Assembly: GCA_963836075.1 (NCBI GenBank) | Contig: CAWIIB010000001.1 | Coordinates: 1,824,001 to 1,888,000, forward strand | Direction: 5' to 3' | Length of the DNA: 64,000 nt | From: an uncultured Acidobacteriota bacterium | Lineage (GTDB): Bacteria; Acidobacteriota; JAQAZP01 | In this document: one piece after another, positions 28,501 to 38,207 of the stretch | Position numbering within the stretch: the stretch's first letter is position 1 | How the letters are laid out: the number at the start of each line of letters is the position of its first letter | Position numbers and translations under genes: made by a program | Notes under the pieces: generated by a model | Databases searched by the model: none | What the model saw: the letters and a program-made list of their open reading frames with translations, nothing else | Told to the model about the DNA's origin: nothing

Positions 28501-28895
28501 CCACCCCGCCCATGGTGGTCTTCCACAGGCCGCCGCTGGCGCTGCCGGCATAAATGATCTGCGGATCGGTGGGATCAACCGCCAGGCTGAGGGTGCGGCC
28601 GCCGATGTTGAACGGCCCGAGGACGCTCCAGGGGTCGGCGCCGCGGCCGTCGGTGGCCTGTACCCGGGGATATGCGCCGTGACTGCTGCCAGGCCCGGGC
28701 AAACCCGCCGGCAGGGATCACCTTGCCGGGATAGGCCCGCTGGGCCGCCCAGAGGTCCAGCGCCTGCAGGGCGCCGCTGTATTTTTCCAGCGGCTGCTCC
28801 TTCTCCCCACCGGCCGGAGGCAGCAGGAACACCAGGGCCACAAAGGTCAGAATTGCCGTGGCCGTCCACAAACGCCCGTCACTCACGCGTATCAT
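25595..28895 (-). pseudogene. BNR propeller plus FG-GAP protein, copy 2, interrupted by a +1 frameshift near 28670 (or a sequencing error)
   Basis: ORF 28575-28895 matches the copy 1 N-terminus and ORF 25595-28702 matches the remainder. The span is 3301 bp versus 3300 bp for copy 1. Confidence 0.8.
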
Positions 28896-29136
28896 CGTTA
28901 TCCTCCCGTTATGTCACAAAGACAAGGCCATACCCATTGTAACCGTACGAACCGGGTCTTTCCCCGAAAATTGATGGCTTTTTCGGTGTCATCGGCAGGG
29001 AGTAGCGGGATACGTCCGTTCCGGGATTCCCTGGGAAAGAGCCAACAACTGCCGGTTCGGTCACGTATAAAGTGACAGACCCACTGGAAATCCCGTCTCA
29101 GCCGGGGCAGAGAACCCCGGCCATGGGGTGCGCACC

Positions 29137-30177
29137 ATGATCGCATACAGGACCCTGGCCGTCCACATCATCCTGGCTCTCCTGCTCTGGACATGCCCGG
29201 CCACAGCGGAAAAGAGACCGGCCTCACGATGGTCGCTGGACGGCGTAAAGCTCTACGGAATCCACGACTTCAACAGCCTCCACTTCCATGGAGAAAAGCT
29301 GCTGGCCTTTCTCGATGACCTGCGGGGCTTCGGCAACTGCACCCTGATCGTCCTCGAGCGTTCGGACCGCGCCTGTGTCGGCGGGTGGTGGGGACAGGTC
29401 AGGGACGGGGGCCACGTGCCGCAGTTCGGCACCTATCTCCGCTTCCCGGCGGAAGATGGCGGATTCAATCCCCAGGCACTGGCCAAGCTGGAATGGTACT
29501 GGTCCGAGGCCCGGGTCCGAGGGCTGCGGGTGATCACCACCCTGTTCAACCCCTGGGACGTGAAGCAGTACGGGGCCTGGCCGGCGATGCACGGCAAGGG
29601 CGCGTGCGGCAGGGAAAAAGAACTGTTCCGCATCCCGGGCCGGCCTGAAACACTGGAGCGGCAAAAGGCCTTTGCCCGGCTGGTGGCCGCGGCCGCGAAA
29701 AAGCACCCCAACGTGATCCTCAGCGACAACTGGGAGGAGGGGTCACCCCGGGCGGGAGTGAACCTCGCCTGGAAGAAGGAGATCTACGCCACCGTGCGGG
29801 GCGCGGGATACAGCGGCCCCTATCTCGTCTACGTGGGTGACCGGCACGGCTTTGATGACCGGGAGAAAACCCTGGGCTGGGTGCGGGAAGAGCCGGGGAT
29901 CCACGGTATCCAGGTGCACTACGAGTATCCGTCCCCCGGCTCGCTAGGCCTGCGCCCGGACCAGCGGGTCGTCCACACCGAAGACCACCAGTTGCTCCTG
30001 GGACCCACAGACGAACAGCCGGAGAACCGCTGGATCCACCAGATCTTCGCCCACGCCCGCGAGCGGGGCGTGGAGTGCTGCTACTGTGTCTGCGACTGGC
30101 GCGACTTCATGCGCACCGACAGGGGCCCCGACCCTTTGGCCGGGATGCGTGAGCAAGCCCGCCGGCGGCTGGAGTGA
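29137..30177 (+). CDS. Secreted hypothetical protein, possibly a GH-A clan TIM barrel
   Basis: Signal peptide; GLRVITTLFNPW, KHPNVILSDNWEE and VVHTED weakly resemble GH5-like motifs. Confidence 0.5.
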   Translation: MIAYRTLAVHIILALLLWTCPATAEKRPASRWSLDGVKLYGIHDFNSLHFHGEKLLAFLDDLRGFGNCTLIVLERSDRACVGGWWGQVRDGGHVPQFGTYLRFPAEDGGFNPQALAKLEWYWSEARVRGLRVITTLFNPWDVKQYGAWPAMHGKGACGREKELFRIPGRPETLERQKAFARLVAAAAKKHPNVILSDNWEEGSPRAGVNLAWKKEIYATVRGAGYSGPYLVYVGDRHGFDDREKTLGWVREEPGIHGIQVHYEYPSPGSLGLRPDQRVVHTEDHQLLLGPTDEQPENRWIHQIFAHARERGVECCYCVCDWRDFMRTDRGPDPLAGMREQARRRLE

Positions 30178-30252
30178 ATGTGCGAAATACACTACTATCA
30201 GGTGGTTCCGGGTCAGGCCCATCGCCTGCCGGCACTGCCGCGTGGATGAAGC

Positions 30253-30720
30253 ATGAAGCACAGGACGACGCCAACCATCTACACCGTGGGCCACTCCTCA
30301 CTGGAGGAGGGTGCCCTGATCCGTCTGCTCTCGGTGCACGGGCTGCGGGCGGTGGCCGACGTGCGCAGCGTTCCCGCCTCGGGCAGGCACCCGCAGTTCA
30401 ACCGCCGGCACCTGGAACCGCTGCTCACCGCCGCCGGCATCCGCTACCTCTGGCTGGGACGTGAACTGGGCGGTCTGCGGGAGGGAACGACCTACGAAGA
30501 ATACATGGCCACCGAACAGTTTTCCGTCGGCCTTGAAGTCCTGGAATGCATGGGCCGGGTCCGCCGCACCGCCATCCTCTGCGCCGAAAGGCACTACACC
30601 CACTGCCACCGCCGCCACATCGCCGATACCCTGGTGCGCAAGGGATGGCGGGTGGTTCACGTGTCCGGCGAGGACCGGACGGAAGACCACGTGCTGCAGG
30701 AGGGGCTGTTCGGCGGCTAG
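30253..30720 (+). CDS. DUF488 family protein
   Basis: IYTVGHS, VADVRSVP, HPQFN and LCAERHYTHCHRRHIAD. Confidence 0.88.
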   Translation: MKHRTTPTIYTVGHSSLEEGALIRLLSVHGLRAVADVRSVPASGRHPQFNRRHLEPLLTAAGIRYLWLGRELGGLREGTTYEEYMATEQFSVGLEVLECMGRVRRTAILCAERHYTHCHRRHIADTLVRKGWRVVHVSGEDRTEDHVLQEGLFGG

Positions 30721-32060
30721 TCGGGATTCTCCACCACCACCAGAACGTATTTCCCGGCGTCGAGGAAGCGGCGGCCCGCCTCCAGCGCCGCGGCTCCGTC
30801 CACGGCCTCCAGACGCCGGTAGTGGTCATCGACGAAGGTGTCACCCAGGCCCAGCATCCGGGCGGAGATCATCATCCCGGCCAGGCCGTCCGGTGTGGCC
30901 TGGGACAGGCGGTAGCTGCCGATGAGGTATTCCCGCGCTTCGGTCAGTTCCTGATCGGTGATCCCGGCCTCGAGCAGACGCTTGAGCTCCTGCAGAATCA
31001 GTTCCACGGTGCTGTCGGCGCCGGCGCCGGCCGTGGCGGTGGCGATGGTGACCGGTCCGGCGATCAGGCCGGCGTTGGCCGATGAACCGATGCCGTAGGT
31101 CCGACCCTCTTCCACCCGCACCGCCTGCATCAACCGCGAGGCGAACCCGCCCCCGCCCAGCACGTGGTTGAAGATCTGGAAACGCTCCCAGTCCGGATCG
31201 GTGCGGGCGATTCCCGGCCAGCCAAAGATAATGCTCGACTGGGTCAGCCCCTTCATCTCCACCCGGACCACCCGTGAGTTATCCAGCATCACCTCCGCTG
31301 CCGGTACCGGGGGCAGCAGCTCTCCCGGGGGCCATTCCCCTGCCGCAGACTGGACCGCGGCACGGAAACGGTCGGCCCCGATATTGCCCACCACCGCCAG
31401 CTGGGCCCCGGCGGCGCCGTAGCAGCGGGCCAGCCGCTGCTCCGCTTCCTTCCTGCCGCTGCGGCCCAGGCTGCGCCAGCCGGCGCTGCGGCCCAGCGGG
31501 TGGTCCTCCCCATACAGTTCGGCCGTCAGCCGGCGCCGGGCCACCGGTCCGGGCATGCTCTGATCCAGTCTCAGTTCACCCCGCAGACGGTCCCGGGCCC
31601 GGGCCAGGTCGGCCTTGCTGATCCGCGGGTCAGCCACGGTCCGCACCAGCAGCTCGGTCAGCCGCTCGAAATCGGCGGCCAGCCCGCGGACCCAGAAGAC
31701 GGTGTAGTCGTTGGTTACATAAGCGCCTGATGCACCACCCAGCGCCTCCACCTGGCCCGCCCGCACGTCGCTGAGGGTGCGGGCCAGCAGCTCGGCCATC
31801 CCCTCCATGCCCTGGGGATCGTGCAGGCGTCCCACCGGCAGGCCGAGACGAAGGGTGACCAGGGGCAGGTCGATGTCATTGCGCAGGACGGCCGTGAGGC
31901 CGTTGTCGGTGGCGGCCGTGTGTCTCCACGCGGACGGATCCGATCCGGCCCGGGCCGGTACCGCAAGCAGCGTGCTGAGGCCGGCCACGATGAAGCAGAG
32001 CAGCACGGTGCTGGTGACCAGCCGTCCACAGCACTCGTTTCGTTTCCAGCGCATCACCAT
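30717..32060 (-). CDS. M16 family peptidase, inactive subunit
   Basis: M16 fold motifs (NHVLGGGGFASRLMQAVRVEEGRTY) without HxxEH; signal peptide. Confidence 0.85.
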   Translation of the reverse strand: MVMRWKRNECCGRLVTSTVLLCFIVAGLSTLLAVPARAGSDPSAWRHTAATDNGLTAVLRNDIDLPLVTLRLGLPVGRLHDPQGMEGMAELLARTLSDVRAGQVEALGGASGAYVTNDYTVFWVRGLAADFERLTELLVRTVADPRISKADLARARDRLRGELRLDQSMPGPVARRRLTAELYGEDHPLGRSAGWRSLGRSGRKEAEQRLARCYGAAGAQLAVVGNIGADRFRAAVQSAAGEWPPGELLPPVPAAEVMLDNSRVVRVEMKGLTQSSIIFGWPGIARTDPDWERFQIFNHVLGGGGFASRLMQAVRVEEGRTYGIGSSANAGLIAGPVTIATATAGAGADSTVELILQELKRLLEAGITDQELTEAREYLIGSYRLSQATPDGLAGMMISARMLGLGDTFVDDHYRRLEAVDGAAALEAGRRFLDAGKYVLVVVENPD

Positions 32061-32061
32061 G

Positions 32062-33528
32062 TCACTTCCCCAGCAGGCTCTTCATGATGCCGAAGAACCA
32101 GTACTTGAGGTGGAACTCCTCGGGCCGGATCCAGCCCACCACCACGTTCTCCTCCGCCAGATAGGTCGCCGCCACCCGCCGCACGTCCTCGGCGGTCACT
32201 GCCTCGATCCGGGCCGCCCGGTCAGCGAACCGCAACCTGTCCCCCTCGATCACCGCTGCCCACCCCAGGGCGCCGGCGGCACCCGCCGGTCCGGCCAGGC
32301 TGAAGAGCCGGCGTACCAGCAGCCGGCGGCGGGCCTGTTCCAGTTCATCCTGCGGCACGTCCTCCTCGCGCAGCCGGCGGATCTCCTCCCACATCGCTTG
32401 CTCCACGGTCTTTGAGCGCACCGAGGGGAGAAAGACAGCAAAGGCCACCAGGCCCGAGGGGTCGATGGTGCGCTCGAAGATGGTGTCCACGTAAACCGCC
32501 ACCCGCTTCCGGCGCACCAGGCTGTTGGTCAGCCGGGCCCGGCTGCCGCCGGTGAGCAGTTCGCGGATCACCTCCAGGGCCGGGTAATCGGGGTGCGCGG
32601 CCTCCGGGGTATGGAAGCCGAGGCCCACCACCGGCACCTCCACCGGCAGTTTCAGCGTGTGACGCACCAAAGCTTCGCCATAGGGCTCGGGGGTGGGTGA
32701 AGGACGCTCCTCCATATCCCCCGCCGGCACCGCCCCGAAGTGGTGACGCACCAGCTGATCCACCTGCGCCGGCTCCACCTGCCCGGTGATCACCAGCAGT
32801 GCGTTGCCGGGCTGGTAATAGCGGCGGTAAAACTCGCGGCACTGCTCCACGGTGAAGCTGTTCAGCTGCTCCGCGTCGCCCAGCACGTCGTGGCGGTAGG
32901 GGTGGACGGTGAAGAAGAGCTTCTTGTACCAGGAGTAGGCCGCGCCCAGCGGGTCGTTCTCCAGCCGCAGCCGCAGTTCCTCCAGCACTACCTGGCGCTC
33001 GGTGTCCAGCACCCCGGCGTCGAGGGCCAGGTTGGCCATGCGGTCCGCTTCCATCTCCAGGGCCAGTTCCAGGTGTTCCGCCGGCAGGGTCTCGTGGTAG
33101 ACGGTGACGTCCTCGCTGGTCCAGGCGTTGGCCTCCCCCCCTACAGCCTGGATCCGGCGGATGAACTCCTCCGGCCCCACGGTGGGGGTTCCGCGGAACA
33201 TCATGTGCTCGAAGAGGTGGGCCAGGCCGTGCTCACCCGGCCCCTCGTCCCGGCCGCCCACGCGGTACCAGACCTGCACCGCCGCCACCGGCGCCCGGCC
33301 GCCGGGCAGCACCAGCACACGGAGGCCGTTGTCCAGGGTATATGAATAAAGTTGAAGATCGGCCTCCAGGGCAGCGGGATCGAGGGGGGCACCGGTCTCC
33401 GCATGGAGCTCGGGCAGGGGGCCTCCGCCGCAGGCGGTGGAAGAGCATGCCGCCATCAACAGGGTGAAGAGAAGCAAAAATCGGGGACAGGCACCGATTT
33501 CCTGCTGAAATCGAGAGCCAGTCCCCAT
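32062..33528 (-). CDS. M16 family zinc peptidase, catalytic subunit (lipoprotein-like signal)
   Basis: GLAHLFEHMMFRG, NAWTS and EADRM; ATG 33528 with RBS GAGGAG; LMAAC lipobox-like. Confidence 0.9.
   Translation of the reverse strand: MGTGSRFQQEIGACPRFLLLFTLLMAACSSTACGGGPLPELHAETGAPLDPAALEADLQLYSYTLDNGLRVLVLPGGRAPVAAVQVWYRVGGRDEGPGEHGLAHLFEHMMFRGTPTVGPEEFIRRIQAVGGEANAWTSEDVTVYHETLPAEHLELALEMEADRMANLALDAGVLDTERQVVLEELRLRLENDPLGAAYSWYKKLFFTVHPYRHDVLGDAEQLNSFTVEQCREFYRRYYQPGNALLVITGQVEPAQVDQLVRHHFGAVPAGDMEERPSPTPEPYGEALVRHTLKLPVEVPVVGLGFHTPEAAHPDYPALEVIRELLTGGSRARLTNSLVRRKRVAVYVDTIFERTIDPSGLVAFAVFLPSVRSKTVEQAMWEEIRRLREEDVPQDELEQARRRLLVRRLFSLAGPAGAAGALGWAAVIEGDRLRFADRAARIEAVTAEDVRRVAATYLAEENVVVGWIRPEEFHLKYWFFGIMKSLLGK
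33483..33526. repeat. REP-like imperfect palindrome GGGGAC...GTCCCC inside the 5' end of the M16 gene
   Basis: ggggacaggcaccgatttc-ctgct-gaaatcgagagccagtcccc, flanked by A5/T5. Confidence 0.7.
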
Positions 33529-33554
33529 TTTTGTCTCCTCGAAATGAGGCAGGT

Positions 33555-33998
33555 TCAAGCGATATCCACCAGCTCGATGTCGAAGGTCAGGTCCTTGCCG
33601 GCCAGCGGGTGGTTGGCGTCGAGGGTCACCTCTTCGTCGGAGAGCCCGGTGATGGTGAAGATCACCCGCTGTGGATCGCCCTCAGCCTCGCCCTCGGAAC
33701 GCCCCTCGAGCTGGCGGCCCAGCTTCAGTTCCAGGCCTTCGGGCATCTCGGACCGCTTGGCCTTGATCACCATCTCGTCGCGGTGCGGTCCGTAGGCCTG
33801 GTCCGAAGTGATCTCCACGGTGCGGTTGTCGCCCACGGCCAGCCCCTCCACCGCCTTCTCGAAACCGGGGATCACCTCGCCCTTGCCCAATGTAAAGGAG
33901 AGCGGGTCGCTCCCCTTGCTGGTGTCGAATTCCATGCCGTCGGCCAGCCTCCCGGTATAGTGGATTTTGACCGTATCGCCTTTCTTTGCTTCACTCAT
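33555..33998 (-). CDS. FKBP-type peptidyl-prolyl isomerase (SlyD/FkpB-like, no His tail)
   Basis: GDTVKIHYTGRL, IPGFE, AYG and LDANHPLAGKDLTFDIE. Confidence 0.92.
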   Translation of the reverse strand: MSEAKKGDTVKIHYTGRLADGMEFDTSKGSDPLSFTLGKGEVIPGFEKAVEGLAVGDNRTVEITSDQAYGPHRDEMVIKAKRSEMPEGLELKLGRQLEGRSEGEAEGDPQRVIFTITGLSDEEVTLDANHPLAGKDLTFDIELVDIA

Positions 33999-34109
33999 AC
34001 GCTTGTTTTCCGGCCGGGCCTTTCCTGCCCGGCAGCAGAACACTCCTTTGCTGTGGTTCCGTAAACGCCTCTGGTGATCCCCGGCTCCGAATCGAGCCGG
34101 GAACCGGCG

Positions 34110-34901
34110 TCACTTGACAAAAATCTCGACTTTCTCCATCAGGTCGCCCTGGTCCCGCTGCTGCGGGCTCACTATTTTCAGGTTATCCACCACGTCCATC
34201 CCGTGAATCACCTCGCCAAAGGCGGTGTGCTTGCCGTTGAGGCCCTTGAACTCCTGCTTGCCGGTGACCAGGAAAAACTGGCTGGTGTTGGTATTCGGGC
34301 CGGCGTTGGCCATGGCGATCACACCCCGCTGCACGCGCAGCGAGGGCAGCGCGTTGTCGAACTTATAGCCCAGCGAAGTGTAGAACTCCTCGATGGAGCG
34401 CTCGCCGAAGGTCTCCAGCTGCTGCTTGGTCGGGGGGGGGATGATGAAATCTCCGTCCTTGACCTTGATCTTGTCCAGCCCCAGGGCGGTAGCGCTGATC
34501 TCGTTGGGATAGTGGTAGGGACCGCTGCTGATCCCGGGCAGGACTCCCCCCTGGGCCATGAAGTCCTTGATCACCCGGTGGAACCGGCTGCCGTCGTACA
34601 GGCCGTTGCGGGCCAGGTTGATGAAGCTGGTCACGGTGTACGGCGCGGCCGCCACGTCGAAACGGATGGTGATCGGGCCCCTGGTGGTGGTGATCACCGC
34701 GAAGTAGGCCCGGGCCGGGTCCACTTCGGGACCGGCGGGCTTGGAGATCATGCTCCCCGCCTTGGCCAGCTTCTCCGCCCCCTCGGGCACTCCCGGGGCC
34801 GGGCCTTCGCCGGCCGGCGATACGCAGCAGACCAGCAGCGCCAGAACGGTGGCCAGGGCAATACGGTTCAGGGAACGGCTGACGTTCATCCTCTGGAACA
34901 T
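34110..34901 (-). CDS. Cyclophilin-type peptidyl-prolyl isomerase, exported
   Basis: FHRVIKDFMAQGG, AMANAGPNTNTSQFF and HTAFGEV. Confidence 0.92.
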   Translation of the reverse strand: MFQRMNVSRSLNRIALATVLALLVCCVSPAGEGPAPGVPEGAEKLAKAGSMISKPAGPEVDPARAYFAVITTTRGPITIRFDVAAAPYTVTSFINLARNGLYDGSRFHRVIKDFMAQGGVLPGISSGPYHYPNEISATALGLDKIKVKDGDFIIPPPTKQQLETFGERSIEEFYTSLGYKFDNALPSLRVQRGVIAMANAGPNTNTSQFFLVTGKQEFKGLNGKHTAFGEVIHGMDVVDNLKIVSPQQRDQGDLMEKVEIFVK

Positions 34902-34983
34902 TCGATGAAAACTCCTTCTGCTTGAGTGGGCCGCTGGCTCAGCGGCCGGGAATCAGGGTCCTGACATCATGAACAGCTAGAGG

Positions 34984-37893
34984 TCACTCCCCCGCCGGCG
35001 GCCGGACAGGCGCCTCCTGCACCGTGCCCGGCACGAACCATACCTCACCGTCGGCGTTGCCTGCCAGTAGGTCGGGCAGCCCGTCACGGTTGAAATCCAT
35101 CACAAAGGGCACCGGGTCCCGGCCCAGATAGAGGGTGCCACGCTCGTAGGTCACCGGTTCGGCAGCGCCGAAGTTACCCTCACCGGACCGCTGCCCCCTC
35201 TCCCCCCGCTGGTTGAGAAAGAGGAACAGGCTGCCCTGGGCCGTCCCGAGCATGATATCCGGCAAGGCGTCACCGTTCCAGTCGGAAACGGCAAAAGGCG
35301 CCGCACCGCCTTCCGACCGGCCGGAGCCGGGGCGGGGGGAGGCATCGAACACTACCCGCGACGGCTCCAGCTCGGGCTGGCTGTCCTCACCCCGGTTGCG
35401 GTAGAGCAGCACCTGTCCCGAGCCGCTGCCGCAGAGCAGATCCTTGCGTCCGTCACCGTCCCAGTCCACCACCACCGGGCAGGCATCCTCGCCCAGATCG
35501 ATCTCCTTCGACCCGCTTGAGAGGTAGGTGCCGTCGTTGTATACCGGGCCGTCACTGGTGCCCATGTTGCGGTAGAGGGTGAGAAACCCGATGCCGTCCC
35601 CCACCAGCAGATCCTCCCGGCCGTCGTTGTCCCAGTCCACCGGGAAGGGCGAGGAAAAGCTCTCCACCGCCTCCCCCAGCCGGAGACCGGGTTCGAAACG
35701 GAGACCCTCCGCTTCGGGGTCCCGGCGGAAGAGGGTCAGATAGCCGAAACGGTCCCCACAGAGGATGTCGTAGAAACCGTCGCCGTCGTAATCCACCACC
35801 CGGGGCACGCAGGCGCCCTCCACCGTCAACGCTTTGCCGGTGTTGTCGGTGAGCAGTTCCGGAATACCGAGAGAGAAAGGTTCAAAGGGCGTGAGGGACA
35901 CCGAAAGGCTGCCCTTCGAGCCCTCGGGCACCACCACCGTCTGGATCCGCTCGGCATAGCCGGCGGCGATCACCCGCAGCCGGTGCACCCCGGCGGGCAG
36001 GTCCTCCAGCTCGAGGGGCGTGGCGCCGAGGTAGCGGCCGCGGTAGGCCAGGGTGCCGTCGAGATAGACATGGGCCCCGTCCGGGTTGGTGGTCACGGAA
36101 AGCGACCCGCCATCGAGGCCGAACCGCCGGGCGGTCTCCGCCGGCGACTCCTCCACCAGCGAGCCCACCCGGCCGCCCACCATGTTGGAGAGCATGCGGT
36201 CCATGGCCGAGGCGGGCATGCTCACCCTGCCGCCGCCCACCGCCTGGCCCTCCAGGGTCTTCATCGGCTCGCCGGCATCCCCCTCGGCCGGCAGTTCGGG
36301 CTCCGGCTCCGGCGGCGTCTGCGGCATATCGGGGGCGGGATCCGGCTCCACTTCGCAGCTGACGCCCCGCACGCCCCACCAGTAGCGCTGGGGCGGATTG
36401 AAGGCCGCGGAAAAGGTCAGGGTGTTCAGCCCCTCGTCGGCCACCAGCGTGTCGTCCACCCGCAGGACCTGCTCGTCGCTCCATTCCTCGTCACCGGTGA
36501 GCGGCCCGTAGGACCGGATCAGGGTGCCGTTGAGCAGCACCTCCAGCTCGTCGGCGGCGTCGATGTCCCACAGCTGGAAACGGAACAGTACCCCGCCCGG
36601 CCGGCCGGGAAAGGTGAACGAGGCCCGCTGCTCGTGCTCCATGTCTCCGCCGCCGGCCATCCGGCCCAGCGGCCCCGGCCAGGGCAATGGCCGGGCGGGC
36701 AGCACGCTGCGCACGCCCCAGATATAGCGGTGCGGGGGGTTGTAGGTGTTGCGGAAGACCAGACGGTTTGACCGGCCGGGCTGCACCAGGCCGGCGGGAA
36801 GGACCAGTTGCTGGGTCCGGCTCCAGCCGTCGTCGGAAACTCCAGGGCCCAGCGTCCGCACCACCGTTCCGTTGAAGATGATCTCCAGTTCGGCGGGAGA
36901 GTCGATGTCGTAGGCCTGGAAGGTGATCACCTGGTCCCCGGCCCCCTGGGGGACAAACTCGTAGGCCACCCTGGAGATGTTGCCCTCGGGCAGGCCCCGG
37001 GCATTGCCGTAAGCCCGCAGGCTGGGCAGCGGGATGGCCTGGCCCACCGCCACCCGGTTCACCCCCCAGAGGAGATTCCTCCGCGGGTCCTCGGGATTGA
37101 GGAAGCAGACCGTGTTGGGCCGTCCCGCCAGCAGCAGCTCCGCGGGGATGGTCAGCGACCTCAGGGAACTCCAGTTGTTGTTCCCCGGTACCGGGTCGGC
37201 CCGGGCCAGCCGCCTGCCGTTGACCAGAATCTCCACCTCGCCCCGGTAGTCCACATCAAAGAGGCGGTAGGTCAGCACCGTGTCGGTCAGGCCGGGCTCG
37301 GGGGTGAAGAGAAAGACCGCCGCCGGGATCTCCGGAGCGCCCACCTCCAGGTCGCCGGTCACCGTTTCCCCGGCGGGGAGCGGCAGGGCGTCGGCGGCGA
37401 GGATGTCCACCCCCCAGGGATAACGCTTGCCCGGCGGCGCGTTGTTGCGGAACATCAACATTGCCCGCCGGCCGGATACCTGCTCCGCGGGTATCTCCAT
37501 CGAGAGAACTTCCCCCCACTGCTCGTTGCCGGTGGGCGGGATGATGAAGACCGGTTTTCCGTCCAGCAGCAGGTCCAGCTCGCCCGGGTAGTCCACGTCC
37601 CAGACGCGAAAGGTGATCACCCGCTTGCGGCCCGGATCAGCCGACCCCACCGGAAAGGCGAGCATCGGCGACCAGGAGTCGGGGCTGCGGGTGAAACGGA
37701 CCTGCAGTTGCTGGGGGAACCCCCGCTCCGGCGGTGCCGGCAGCGCCATGACCGGGGGGCAGACCCAGGTCAGGCAGAGCAGCGCCGCGAGTATCGTCAG
37801 GAGGAGCCCCCCGGCGGTTTCCGGCTCGCGCTTTTCCGGGGACCCGGCCCGCTGCGGCAGGTGAATGGTGTACACGGAATTCCGCTCGGTCAT
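34984..37893 (-). CDS. Large secreted protein: four tandem ~115-aa repeats, a PEGA domain and FG-GAP/VCBS repeats
   Basis: Repeats D[VI]D..E.....NG....W; PEGA-like LSVTTNPDGAHVYLDG; several VDWDxDGxxDLL motifs. Confidence 0.8.
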   Translation of the reverse strand: MTERNSVYTIHLPQRAGSPEKREPETAGGLLLTILAALLCLTWVCPPVMALPAPPERGFPQQLQVRFTRSPDSWSPMLAFPVGSADPGRKRVITFRVWDVDYPGELDLLLDGKPVFIIPPTGNEQWGEVLSMEIPAEQVSGRRAMLMFRNNAPPGKRYPWGVDILAADALPLPAGETVTGDLEVGAPEIPAAVFLFTPEPGLTDTVLTYRLFDVDYRGEVEILVNGRRLARADPVPGNNNWSSLRSLTIPAELLLAGRPNTVCFLNPEDPRRNLLWGVNRVAVGQAIPLPSLRAYGNARGLPEGNISRVAYEFVPQGAGDQVITFQAYDIDSPAELEIIFNGTVVRTLGPGVSDDGWSRTQQLVLPAGLVQPGRSNRLVFRNTYNPPHRYIWGVRSVLPARPLPWPGPLGRMAGGGDMEHEQRASFTFPGRPGGVLFRFQLWDIDAADELEVLLNGTLIRSYGPLTGDEEWSDEQVLRVDDTLVADEGLNTLTFSAAFNPPQRYWWGVRGVSCEVEPDPAPDMPQTPPEPEPELPAEGDAGEPMKTLEGQAVGGGRVSMPASAMDRMLSNMVGGRVGSLVEESPAETARRFGLDGGSLSVTTNPDGAHVYLDGTLAYRGRYLGATPLELEDLPAGVHRLRVIAAGYAERIQTVVVPEGSKGSLSVSLTPFEPFSLGIPELLTDNTGKALTVEGACVPRVVDYDGDGFYDILCGDRFGYLTLFRRDPEAEGLRFEPGLRLGEAVESFSSPFPVDWDNDGREDLLVGDGIGFLTLYRNMGTSDGPVYNDGTYLSSGSKEIDLGEDACPVVVDWDGDGRKDLLCGSGSGQVLLYRNRGEDSQPELEPSRVVFDASPRPGSGRSEGGAAPFAVSDWNGDALPDIMLGTAQGSLFLFLNQRGERGQRSGEGNFGAAEPVTYERGTLYLGRDPVPFVMDFNRDGLPDLLAGNADGEVWFVPGTVQEAPVRPPAGE

Positions 37894-38207
37894 GCTCTTT
37901 CTCTCGAACGGTGTTCCCGGTTCCGTGGCCGGCAACCAGGCCGTTTCCCCGGATGAACTGGAGCTACAGGGCCAAGTTTGCCCCGATTCGGCCTCCGGTG
38001 CAAGCAACGCCGCTCCCCGGGCCGTGACAAAACCATGACTAAATCAGTCAACTATTGCTGGAAAGTCTTTTTTGCCGAACCTATATTGAAAACAGCCGTT
38101 AGTAAAATAAAACCGCTAAATGCCTTGCCTGAAAAAACCGAACACCGACCGGCACCGGATGGTAAGCTTTTACCAAGCCTTGCCTGCCGACCATGAGGGG
38201 GTCACCG

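Noticed and set aside
8161-28942. Very long ORFs such as 8161-10887(+), 15316-18432(-), 22074-23846(+) and 25544-28942(+)
   Set aside because: They are antisense shadows of well-supported genes, expected from high-GC codon bias, and show no motifs.
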